DNA from: Heptranchias perlo
Lineage: Eukaryota
DNA: 64,000 nt
Assembly: GCF_035084215.1 (NCBI RefSeq)
Contig: NW_027139581.1
Span: 3,720,001-3,784,000, forward strand
Direction of reading: 5' to 3'
Each line of letters begins with the position of its first letter. Positions within the stretch are counted from its first letter, which is position 1. A program made the translations under genes and the position numbers. The notes under the pieces are model-generated. The model worked only from the letters and a program-made list of their open reading frames with translations. It made no database searches and was not told where the DNA came from. Positions 11,480 through 23,514 of the stretch are shown piece after piece.

Positions 11480-14430
11480 AGAGGGGCTATGATCGAGGCT
11501 CTGTGGAACTGAAGCATAAATTCCTCCCCTTTTTATTCCAGCCCTCGAGATAAAGGCCAACATTCCATTAGTCTTTGTGATTACTTTTTGTATCTGGGCA
11601 CTAGCTTTTAGTGATTTGTGTACATGGACACCCAAATCCCTTTGCTCCTCCACAGTTCCCAGTCTCTCACTTTAAGAAAATACTCCAATGTTTCCTTCTT
11701 GTATCCAAAGTGGATGATCTCACACTTCCCCACACTGAACTCCATCTGCCACAGTTTTGTCCACTCACTTAATCTGTCCCTTTGTAACTTCCTGCTCCCA
11801 TCCACACAACTTACTGTGTCTCCTAACTTAGTGTCATCTGGAAACTTGGATATAAAACTCTCTCTTCCTTCATCCAAGTTATTGATAAATATGGTGAAAA
11901 GCTGAGACCCCAGTCCAGATCCCTGGGGAACACCACTTGTCACATCCCACCAATCAAAGAACGTTCCCTTTATCCCCACTCTCTGTCTCCCACCTCCCAA
12001 CACAAGTCACAAGGTCACTTTCAATTTTGTGCACTTTTATTTTTGCGAATAATCTCTTGTGCTGAACCCTATCAAATGCCTTCTGGAAATCCGCACAGAC
12101 AATGTCCATCGACACTCCCTGTCCAGCCTGTTAGTGACCTGAAAAAACTCATCTAGATTAGTCAGACATGACCCACCCTTCACAAATCCACGCTGACTCT
12201 CTTTGATCAGCTCAGACTTGTTCAAGTCCTCAATCATTCTGTCTTTGGTGATAGATTCCAGTAACTTCCCCACTCCTGACGTTAAACTGACAGATCTGTC
12301 GTTTATTTTTCTCTCTCTTCCTCCTTTCTTAAATATTGGAGTGATATTTTCATATCCAAAGGCACAATTCCCGAGTCCAGAGAGCTTTGGGAAACTATGA
12401 CTAATGTTTCTGTAATTTCCCCACCTGTTTCCTTTAATACCCTGAGGGAAAACCGTCAGGTCCTGGAGATTTCATTCTTTCTTTGCGGTTATTTATTTAT
12501 CAATTTCCAGAGATAATTGATTCATATTTTAATATTAAACATTGATTATCAGATGGGTTTAATTTGTATTCTTTTAGTTACTTTTTATTGCTCACTTTAG
12601 TATAATTCACCTGTTTCTTTCTTTTATTGAATCAGTTTTTATTAATTTCCTTTTTATTGCTCACTCCTTTCATACAAACCTCAGATTCCCCAGTCTAAGT
12701 TCCCTCGGTTAACTCGAGGTTTTCACCACCACCACTGTAACTGGAAGATCAACTTCAGGTAACTACTGGGGAGATCACATGACGGGGCACCGGGGAGATC
12801 ACGTGACGGCGCACCGGGGAGATCATAAGAGATAGGAGCAGCAGTAGGCCATTCGGCCCCTCGAGCCTGCTCCACCATTTAATGCGATCATGGCTGATCT
12901 GATTTTTACCTCAACTCCACTTTCCCGCCCTTTCCCCTTATCCTTTGACTCCTTTGCTGATCAACAATTTGTCTAACTCAGCCTTGAATGTATTCAATGA
13001 CTCAGCCTCCACAGCTTTTGGGGTAAAGTTTTCCAAAGAATCACGACCCTGTGGGAGAAGAAATTCCTCCTCATTTCTGTCTTAAACGGGCGACCCCTTA
13101 TTCTCAGACAATGACCCCGAGTTTTAGATTCCCCCTGAGGGGTAACATCCTCTCAGCATCGATCCTGTCGAGTCCCCTCAGAATCTTTTATGTTTCAATA
13201 AGATCTCCTCTCATTTTTCTAAACTGCAATGTGTATGGACCCAACCTGTTCAATCTTTCCTCATAAGACAACCCTTCCATACCCGGGATCAACATCGTGA
13301 ACCTTCTCTGAACTGCCTCCAATGCAAGTATGTCCTTCCTTAAATAAGGGCACCAGAACTGTCCGCAGTACTCCAGGTGTGGTCTCACCAGCACCCTGTA
13401 CAGTTGGAGCATGACTTCCCTGCTTTTATACTCCATCCCCCTAGAAATAAAGGCCAATATTCTGTTTGCTTGCTGCACCTGTATGTTGACTTTTTGTGTT
13501 TCATGTACGAGGACACCCAGATCCCTCTGTACCGTAGCATTTTGTAGTATTTCTCCATTGAAATAATATTTTGCTTTTTTATTTTTCCTCCCAAAGTGGA
13601 TGACTTCACATTTTCCCACATTATATTCCATCTGCCAAATTTTTGCCCCTTCACTTAACCCGTCAATATCCCTTTGCAGACACTTTGTGTCCTTATCTCA
13701 ACTTGCTTTTCCACCTATCTTTGTATCATCAGCAAATTTGGCCACAAGACACTCTGTTCCTTCATTGAAGTCATTGATATATATTGTAAATAGTTGAGGC
13801 CTCAGCACTGAGCCCTGCGGCACCCCACTAGTTACAGATTGCCATTTTGAAAATGACACTTTTATCCCGACTCTTTGTTTTCTGTTAATTAGCCAATCCT
13901 CTATCCATGCCAGTATATTACCCCCAACACCATGAGCTCTTCTCTTGTGCAGTAATCTTTTATGTGGCACCTTACCGAATGCCTTTTGGAAATCCAAATA
14001 TACTGCATCCATTGATTCCCCTTTATCCACCCTGCTCGTTACATTCTCAAAGAACTCTCATCAATTGTCAGACATGTTTTCCCCTTCATAAAACCATGTT
14101 GACTCTCCTTCATTGTATTATGAGTCTCCAAATGTCCTGCTACTACTTCCTTAATAATGGATTCTAGCATTTCCCCCAATGACAGATGTTAGGCTAACTG
14201 GTCTATAGTTACCTGCTCTCTGTCTCACTCCCTTCTTGAATAGGGGTGTTATGTTTGCGGTTTTCCAATCCGCTGGGACCTTTCCAGAATCTAGTGAATT
14301 CTGGAAGATTACAACCAATGCATCCACTATCTCTGCAGCCACTTCCTTTAAGACCCTTGGATGCAAGCCATCAGGTCCAGGGGACTTGTCAGCCTTTGGA
14401 CCCATTAGTTTACCTGGTACTTTTTCTCTA
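11480..14430 (-). mobile_element. Stacked CR1 LINE fragments (RT domain)
   Basis: ORF pieces [48 protein letters not shown]. Confidence 0.9.
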
Positions 14431-14431
14431 A

Positions 14432-14970
14432 CCGGTCTCTCTCCGGTGAGACTGTGCCGGTGTGTCAGTAAATGGGATGATCGAGTGAATCCCTTTCCAC
14501 ACAGAGCTGGTGAACGGATTCTCCCCATTACGAAGATTCTGGTGTGGCAGTAGGTGAGATGAGCGAGTGAATCCATTCCAACACTCAGCTGGCGAACGGC
14601 CTCTCCCCGTGTGACTGGGTCGATGAGTTTCCAGCAAATGAATCCCTTCCCACAGTCCCCACATTTGCACTGTTGATTCCCGGCACATCTGTGTTTGTGT
14701 CTCACGGGATAGACGATTGGCTGAAAGGATGTTCACACACAGAACACGTGACCAGTTAGTCACCGCTGTGATTGGTGATTTTTCCTTCTATATCCAAAGG
14801 CCGATGATATTCAGGTCCTGATGAATCGAGTGACTGTCAGACCTTGACGTGATGTTTGGTTTGAGTTTCCCATCTGTAAATCCTCCCCTTCTAATATCCT
14901 GTAAAAGGAGTTTACCAAAGTTCCTACTTTAATTACAGGATAGAATTTCAGAACAGACAATTCTAGTTTC
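14432..14970 (-). pseudogene. Decayed C2H2 zinc-finger paralog, inverted relative to ZNF1/2 and truncated by CR1
   Basis: Reverse complement matches ZNF1 4300-4460 (LSVLKFYPV..FYR.LEGEDLQ.GNSNQTSRQ) and contains frameshifted fingers ([22 protein letters not shown]). Confidence 0.8.
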
Positions 14971-15349
14971 TTGTCTCCAGTTTCAAATTCTACTGTCACA
15001 TTTTATTTGATTTCACTCCTGTGAAGCACCTTGGGATGTTTTACTTCATTAAATGCTCTGTATAAATACAAGTTGTTGGTCTTTCTGTAGAATATTCTGT
15101 CCCCTCCTGTCCCTCCTAATCTGTAAATTCCCCATTCTGCACACTCTCCCTCCTCCCTCCATCCTTACTGTCTGAAATCAACATTCATTACACCATCTGT
15201 GATTTTGTATAAGAAGATAAGAACATAAGAAATAGCAGCAGGAGTAGGCCATTCGGCCCCTCGTGCTTGCTCCGCCATTCAATATGATCATGGCTGATCT
15301 TCGACCTCAACTCCACTTTCCCGCCCGATCCCCATATCCCTTGATTCCC

Positions 15350-16285
15350 CTACAGTCCATCATGAGGTCAGAATTGGGGATGTTCGCTGATGATTGCACA
15401 GTGTTCAGTTTCATTCGCAACCCCTCAGATAATGAAGCAGTCCGAGCCCGCATGCAGCAAGCCCTGGACAACATCCAGGCTTGGGCTCATAAGTGGCAAG
15501 TAACATTCGCGCCAGACAAGTGCCAGGCAATGACCATCTTCAACAACAGAGAGTCTAACCACCTCCCCTTAACATTCAACGGCATTACCATCGCCGAATC
15601 CCCCACCATCAACATCCTGGGGGTCACCATTGACCAGAAACTAACTGGATCAGCCATATAAATACTGTGGCTACAAGAGCAGGTCAGAGGCTGGGTATTC
15701 TCCAGCGAGTGACTCACCTCCTGACTCCCCAAAGCCTTTCCACCATCAACAAAGCACAATTCAGGAGTGTGATGGAATACTCTCCACTTGCCTGGATGAG
15801 TGCAGCTCCAACAACACTCAAGAAGCTCGACACCATCCAGGACAAAGCAGCCCGCTTGATTGACACCCCATCCACCACCCTAAACATTCACTTCCTTCAC
15901 CACCGGCGCACCGTGGCTGCAGTATGTACCATCCCCAGGATGCACTGCAGCAACTCGCCAAGGCTTCTTCGACAGCACCTCCCAAACCCGCGACCTCTCC
16001 CACCCAGAAGGACAAGAGCAGCAGGCACATGGGAACAACACCACCTCCATGTTCCCCTCCAAGTCACACACCATCCCGACTTGGAAATATATCGCCGTTC
16101 CTTCATCGTCGCTGGGTCAAAATCCTGTAACTCACAACCAAATAGCACTGTGGGAGAACCTTCACCAGACGGACTGCAGCGGTTCAAGGAGGCGGCTCAC
16201 CACCACCTTCTCAAGGGCAATCAGGGATGGGCAATAAACGCTGGCCTTGCCCGCCACGCCCACATCCCATGAACGAAAAAAAAAT
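15350..16285 (+). mobile_element. LINE (CR1/L2-group, distinct family) RT C-terminus and 3' end
   Basis: MFADDCTVF..WQVTFAPDKCQ..ILGVTID..RSVMEYSPLAW; ends in an A-rich tail. A related minus-strand fragment lies at 50380-50770. Confidence 0.8.
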
Positions 16286-16404
16286 GTAAACCGTGCTGTC
16301 GTTGCCCTGGGAATGTTTTATTGGACAGTGTAGAAGGAGCTTTATTCTGAATCTAACCCGTGCTGTACCTGCCCTGGGAGTGTTTGACGGGACAGTGTAG
16401 AGAG

Positions 16405-17012
16405 AGATTTGCTCACATATCCTCTCCATCACCAAGACCGCCTACTTCCACCACTGTAACATTGCGCATCTCCAGCCGACTTGACTTCTCCAATGCTCTC
16501 CTGGCCGGCCTCTCATCTTCCACCCTCCATAAACTTGAGCTCATACAAAACTCTGCTCCCCGTATTCCAACTCGCACCAAGTCCTGCACATCCGTCACCC
16601 CTGTGCTTGCTTTTGGTCGGTCTGGGAACACCTCGATTTTGAAATTCTCATCCTTGTTTCCAAATTCTTCCATGGTCTCGCCCCTCCCTATCTCTGTATC
16701 CTCCTCCAGCCCCACAACCCTCCGAGATTTCTGCCTTTCTCCTAAATCACTCCACCATTGGCGGCCGTGCCTTCAGCTGCCTCGGCCCTCAGCTCTGGAA
16801 TTCCCTCCCTAAACCTCTCCGCCTCTCCGCCTCTCTCTCCTCCTTTAAGACGCTCAATAAATCTTACCTCTTTGACCAAGCTTTTGGTCACCTGTCCTCA
16901 TATCTCCTTATGTGGCTCAGTGTCAAATTTTGTTTGATTATCGCTCCTGTGAAACGCGTTGGGACCTTTTATTGTGTTAAAGGCGCTATATAAATGTAAG
17001 TTGTTGTTGTTG
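16405..17012 (+). mobile_element. L2-type LINE 3' fragment
   Basis: ..SRLDFSNALLAGL..KLELIQNSA..; ends GCGCTATATAAATGTAAGTTGTTGTTG. Confidence 0.8.
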
Positions 17013-17249
17013 TATGTTAATTGCTCTGTGCCTGACCTGGGAGTCCCGGACACTGACAAGAGGTGCTCTGACTGATTAAATGTCCCATTTCCAGGCTCTG
17101 ACATCCATCACCTCGATGAGCACAAAGATTCACCTGAAGAAGGTCACACAAATCCATCAGCTTCTCCCCGGACACAGATACTGAGGGACAGGGAGTTTCC
17201 GGGACAGTGACAAGTCTTACTCAATAAGCTATAAATTGATCCTGGACCT

Positions 17250-19170
17250 CTTAGAATCATAGAATTATAGAAAATTTACGGCACAGAAGGAGGCCATTCG
17301 GCCCAACGTGTCCGCGCCTGCTGAGAAACGAGCCACCCAGCCCAATCCCGCTTTCCTGCATTTGGTCCGTAGCCCTGCAGGTCACAGCTTTTCAGGTGCA
17401 CATCCAGTTATTTTTTTACATGAGTGAAGGGTTTCTACCTCTACCAACCTCTCAGGCAGTGAGTTCCAGGCCCCCACCGCCCTCTGGGTGAAAATATTTT
17501 CCTCATTTTCGCTCTAATCCTTCTACCAATCACTTTAAATCTATGCCCCCTGGTTATTGATCCCTCTGCTCAGGGAAATAGGTCCTTCTGATCCACTCTA
17601 CCTAGGCCCTGCATAATTTTGTACACCTCAATCAAATCATCCCTCAGCCTCCTCTGTTCCAGGGAAAGCAACCACAGACTATCCAATCTGTCATCACAGC
17701 TAAAATTCTCCAGTCCTGGCAACATCCTCGTAAATCTCCTCTGCACCCTCTCTCGTGCAATTGCATCCTTCCTGTAATGTGGTGACCGGAACTGTGCGCA
17801 GTACTCAAGCTGTGGCCGAACTAGTGTTTTATACAGTTCCAGCATAACATCCCTGCTTTTATGTTCCATGCCTCAGCTAATAAAGGAAAGCATTCCATCT
17901 GCCTTCTTAACCACCTTATCTACCTGTCCTGCTACCATGTCTAACGAAGCTAGTTGATTTTTTTGAGGAGCTAATTAATGTGGTAGATTAGGAGTGTCAA
18001 TGGATGTTATTTATATGAACTTCCAGATGACATTCGACAAGGTTCCACATAAGAGTCTGTTCACAAAATCGAGAGTGCATGGAATTGGAGGCAATCTATT
18101 GACTTGGACAGGGAATTGGTTATGAGGTAGGAGACAGAGAGTGGGGATAATGGGTATGGACTCAAATCAGCAGGATGTGACTAGTGGTGTCCCCAGGGAT
18201 CTGTACTGGGGCCTCAGCTTTTCACTATGTTCATAAATGACTTGGATGAAGGATTAGAGAGCCGTGTATCCAAGCTCGCTGACGACAGTAAGTTAGGAAG
18301 CACAATAAATATTGTAGATGGGAGCAGATAGTTGCAAAGGGACGTTGAAAGATTAAATGAATGGGCAAAACTGCGGCAGATGGAGTTCAATGTGGGAAAG
18401 TGTGAGGTCATCCACTTTCGACCGAAGAAAGATAGATCAGGGTATCTAAATACTGAGATGTTCACAACTGTGGAAGAGCAGAGAGATTGTGGGGTCCAAG
18501 TCCAGAAATCAGTAAATGCTAATGGACAGGTACAACAAAATAATCGAAAAGCTAATGGAACGTTGGCCTTTATTTCAGGGGGTGGAAAACAAAAGGGTGG
18601 AATTTATGTTCCAGCTGTGCTGAGCTCTGGTTAGACCCCATCTCGAGACTCCATTCAGTTCTGGGCAGCGCACCTCAGGAAGGATATATGGGCCTTGGAG
18701 GGGGTACAGCACAGATTCACCAGAATGATACCCGGGCTAAAAAGGTTAAGTTACGAGGACAGACTGCACAGACTAGGCTTGCATTCCCTGAAGTATAGAA
18801 GATTAAAGGCTGATCTCATTAAGGTGTTTAAGATGATTGAAGGATTTGATGGGGTAGATGGGGAGAAACTATTTCCTCTGGTGGGGGAGTCCAGAAGAAA
18901 TGGGCATAACCTTAAAATTTGTGGTAGTCCGTTCAAGGGTGATGTCAGAAAGCATTTCTTCACACAAAGGGCAGTGGAAATCTGGAACCCTCTCCTCCAA
19001 AAAGCTGTTGACGCTGGGGTGAGTGGAAAATTTCAAAACTGAGATTGATAGATCTTTGCTCGGTCAGGGTATGAATGGTTACAAATCCAAGGGGGGAAAT
19101 GGAGGTTAGATACAAGTCAGCCCTGATCTAATTGAATGGAGGAAAAGGTTTAACGGGCTGAATGGCCGAT
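17250..19170. mobile_element. CR1 LINE fragments (minus 17250-17940; plus 17940-19170)
   Basis: LYKTLVRPQLEYC, RRLRDDLIEVYK, MEFNVGKCEVIHF. Confidence 0.85.
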
Positions 19171-19527
19171 TTCTGTTCGAATGGAAACGTAAAATTATAA
19201 TTAAAAGATGATTCTCTGGTCCTCACTCCATGGGCTGCATGTGTGCCCCGCCCCGCCGCGTTTGTGTGAACACATGAAACAAGAGCCTGGCGGACGGGAG
19301 CTTCATCCACCCGCCCCAGGCCGCACCAGAGGACTGAACGGGGCTAAAAACGAGCAGGAATCAAGCGGGACTGATCTCCGCGGACTTCCCCACCTCGACC
19401 GTCCCTGTTAGTCACTAAATCAGGGCGGTGAAAGATGAAAACTGGCCTCACTGTGTTTGTATCACAGAGATGAGGGGATTGGGCAGAACACCAGACCAAC
19501 ACCTTGTGATGATGGAAAGTCTTCTCA

Positions 19528-20426
19528 TTATTTAATGAATTTAACAATTCCAGTCAAGGGATATTTCACCACATTCTTCAACTCCTCTCTGAATTTAGTC
19601 TGGGTCACGGCATAAATACACGTGTTGGTGCAGCAACTCAGGAGCTGGAGCATAAATCCCAGTTCTTGTACAAATTCAGAAAGAGACACAGGAATAAAGT
19701 CTAACAGATACAATCGGTTCCATACAAAATACAACAGAAACACCGCCCATAACAGGATAAAATTCCCCGATATAACAAACAGTAAAATGATGGATTTCCT
19801 TCTCTTCTCCATCTCTGGGTCACTGGGACTCTCCCCACTGCTGTGGGCCCGGAGTCTCCTGCGGACTCTGCTCGACACTAAAATGTGTCTGACGGTTAAA
19901 GCATTGAGGAGCAGAATCAGAACAAATGGAACAAATGGGGTTACAATATAATGAAGGAATACAATTACTGTCCACACCTGTGAATAACGAACATCCAATG
20001 ATACAAAACAAAACCAGGGAGAATTACTCATCCAATATTCACCTCCAAGCATAAAGTACCAGAAAGTGTTCTTCACACAGAACAGCACACTCACTGTTCC
20101 CAGAACCACAGCCGCCGTTTTCTCGGTGCAATATTTTGTTTTCAGCTTCTGGCAACAAATCGCCACAAATCGATCAAAGGTGAAAGTGACTGTGAACCAG
20201 ACTGAACAGTCTGTGGCTGCGTAAAGCAGGACGGCGTGGATATTACACACTTTAAAGTCCCATATGAACTGAAACTGAGTCCAATAAAGAATATGAATTT
20301 GCCTGAATATCAGATCAGTGATAACGACCAGTAGATCCGCCGCTGCCATGGACACCAGGTAACGGGTGACACATTTGGAGAGACCGCACCTTCCTCCAGA
20401 CAGGATCACAATCGTCACTAAGTTCA
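19528..20426 (-). CDS. GPR139: GPR139/GPR142-like class A GPCR, exon 2 (7TM body)
   Basis: Open ORF with LVSMAAADLLV, SVWFTVTFTFDRFVAICC, PFVLILLLN.LTVRHIL, LLSCCTNTCIY..TQTKFR; acceptor CCTTACAG at 20427-20434. Family-level call (lineage-expanded paralog), not a proven ortholog. Confidence 0.85.
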
Positions 20427-20479
20427 CTGTAAGGAAGAGAAAAACAGGGAATTGTACTTCAGACTGAGAGTAAAACCAG

Positions 20480-22190
20480 CAGCCTGGTCGCTCATCCCTG
20501 GGAACATTCTACTAAATCTCCTCTGCACCCTCTCCAAAGCCTTGAAATACTTCCTAAAGTGTGATGCCCAGAATTGGAGACAATTGGACAGCTGAGGCCT
20601 GACCAGAGATTTATAACCAGTGGTTAGTCCACTCTTGGAGTGTTGTGCACAGTTGTGATCTCCATTAATAACAAGGGTTTCGAGGCACTGGACTGAGTTC
20701 AAAACAGATTTACAATGATAATACCAGAACTGAGAGGATATACTTATCAGGAGAGGCTGAACAGGCTGGGACTCTTTTCTCTCCTTTTTTTCACTTGTGG
20801 TGTAGTGGGGGGACAAAACTAGTGGTCATAAATATAAGATAATGACCAACAAATCCAATAAGCAGTTCAGGAGAGACTGAGTTACCCAGGGACTGGTTAG
20901 AATGTAGAGCTCGCTACCACAAGGAATAGTTGAGGCGAATAGAATAGATGCATTTAAGGGGAAGTTAACTAAGTACAAGAGGGAGAAAGGAATGGAAGGA
21001 TATGCTGATAGGGTGAGATGAAGTAGAATGGGAGGAGGCTCGTGTGGAGCATAAACACCGGCATAGACCAGTTGGGCCGAATGGCCTGTTTGTGAGCTGT
21101 AAATTCTATGTAATTCTATGTAACCCGAGTTTAGGAATTTTTAAATTGAGGCTTCGCTCGACCGGGAGCCAATGCAGGTCAGCAAGCAGAGGGGTGATGG
21201 GTGAACGGGACTTGGTGCGAGTTTGGATGTGGGCAGCAGAGTTTTGGATGAGCTCAAGTTAATAGTCGAGTCCGGAGGTAACAAAACCATGGGTCAGGAT
21301 TTCAGCAGTAGATGGGCTGAGGCAGGGGCGGAGACGGGCAATGTTCGGGAGGTGGAAGTCGGCGATCTTGGTGATGGAGAGGATATGGGGTCAGAAGCTC
21401 AGCTCAGGGTCAAATAGAACGCCTACTGGTCCGGTTCAGCCTCAGACTGTGACCAGGGAACTGGATGAAATCAGGAGCGAATGAACGGAATTTTTGATGG
21501 GGTTCGAAGACAATGGCTTCAGTCTTTCTAATGGACGAAACTTCTGCTCATCCAGGACTGGACGTTGGATTTGCAGTGAAGGGGTCGAGAGAGGCGGTGG
21601 TGAGAAACAGCTGGGTATCAGTTCCATGTGGAATCTGACTTTGTGTTTTCGATGTTGTCACCGAGGGGAAGCTTGAATATGTGACATAGGAGGAGGTCAA
21701 GGATTGTTCCTTGTGAGACACCAGAGATGACGGTGCGGGGGCGGTAAGACAAATCATTGCAGGAGATTCCCTAGCTAATCCTGAATTGATAGGAATGGAA
21801 GCAGGCGAGGGCAGTCCCACCCAGTTGGACAACGGACGAGAGGCGTTGGAGGTGGCTGGTGCGGACACCCGTGTCAAAGGCTGCAGACAGGCCAAGAAGG
21901 AAGAGGAGGGATAGTTTTCCACGGTCAGGCACATGGGATGTCATTTGTGACTTTGATTCGGGCCGTCTCAGTGCTGTTACAGCGGTGGAAACCTGATTGG
22001 AGAGGTTGCTGATGCATTTGCAGGAAAGATGGGCACAGATTTTGGAAACGACAACACGTTCAAGGAGAGGAAAGGGAGCGTGGAGATGGGGGCAGTAATT
22101 TACAAGGACCGAGGGGTCATGGATTTTTTTTGAGGATGGGGTGATGACGGCAGATTTGAAGAGGAGACGAGAGAGAACCGTGAATGAAAG
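20480..22190. mobile_element. CR1 and L2 LINE fragments in the GPCR intron
   Basis: YKSLVRPQL..; L2 RT motif LLGLSAAFDT on minus. Confidence 0.7.
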
Positions 22191-22952
22191 GGTTAAATTT
22201 GCCCCTTTGGACATTACATTTGGACATTGTAGGTTTAAACTGCAAAGGCAGCAATGTGCAGAAACTTTGAGAAGCTTCGGTTTTCAACAACAATTGATCT
22301 GAATGAAAGCAACGATCAGGAGAAGCTTCGAAAAGCTTCAAACTGGCTTTTGATTCTCAAAACAACTGATAAGAACCTGAACAGATAACAACTTGGAAAA
22401 AACAATGCTGAAACAGTTAGAAACCCTTGGGAAAGACAATTCAAGTTACTTGTTCACAGGTAACAGGAGTTTTAAGGTCTGCTGGTTATAGTTAATGACA
22501 CTGATCTGTGGAAACCAGCGCTGACAGTCAGATCACCAATACACTCTGAAATATTGGACAATATCCAAGAATGATTCAGCTCCAGGCAGCTGTTTTACTC
22601 TATGAACACATATTTCTGATCCGATACTAGGGTTCAGTGCAGAGAGCAGACGGCAAACTGTTCAATAAAGAGAATCGTCCACCAACATTCCTTGTGGACG
22701 AGACTCAAATAACAGGCAAATCCTAAAAAATGACCATCAGTTGAAGAAAGTTATGAAAAGGAAATGGTGTTCATCGAACTGGGGCAGTGAATCGGGAACT
22801 GTTCACATGTTACATGAAGGAAACAAGGTGCATTACCAGACACTGAACAAGAGGATTACACTGAATACAATTAATAACCGGGTCAAAAGGACAAGGACAG
22901 TAAATACAGTTAAACATGGTTTACAGAATTAATTGCTGAAATAATGACTTAC

Positions 22953-23106
22953 CAGGAACACCAACAGCAGCGAGGAGCGGATAGTAAATCTTTTGTACAT
23001 CATGAAATGCCCACAGAATCCGAAGCTCAGTTGGAACATACCAGAACATGATATCATTATCTGTGCGATCCAATGATAACTGTTTGTACTGGAGGCCAAG
23101 CTGCAT
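22953..23106 (-). CDS. GPR139: GPR139-like GPCR exon 1 (N-terminus and TM1 start); start codon uncertain
   Basis: ..LRILWAFHDVQKIYYPLLAAVGVP, then G|GTAAG donor at 22952; phase-1 join G+TG gives ..GVPVNLVTIVIL in frame with exon 2. Confidence 0.75.
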
Positions 23107-23514
23107 CAAACACTCTGCTGTGACGCCTTGAAAACAGTCCGTATTTGTGGCCTGAGGGAACTCTCCAGTGAGACAATTAAACGACACATTGACATTAATT
23201 AAGGTCAGTAAACAAACAAGTCGGGTTAATCCCTTAACACCATCACTCCATATTGAAAATAACAGGTAAACAAGCATTTTACTGATGTGAAGTGAAGCTA
23301 CCAAAAGGTCTGAATATTACTTAAAGAAAATGATGTAAAAAAAGAAAATAAGAATCCCGCAGTCTTACAGTGCTGATGTGAAGAGAGAGCAGCTTCACTG
23401 ACAGAGTTCAGATTATTTCTGTGAATTCAGCCGGCAATTTCAGAATTTTTCAAATACGTTTTCTGGGGTGGAGTTCACAAAAGTGCAAAAGAAAACAAGG
23501 ATAGATTGAAGCAG

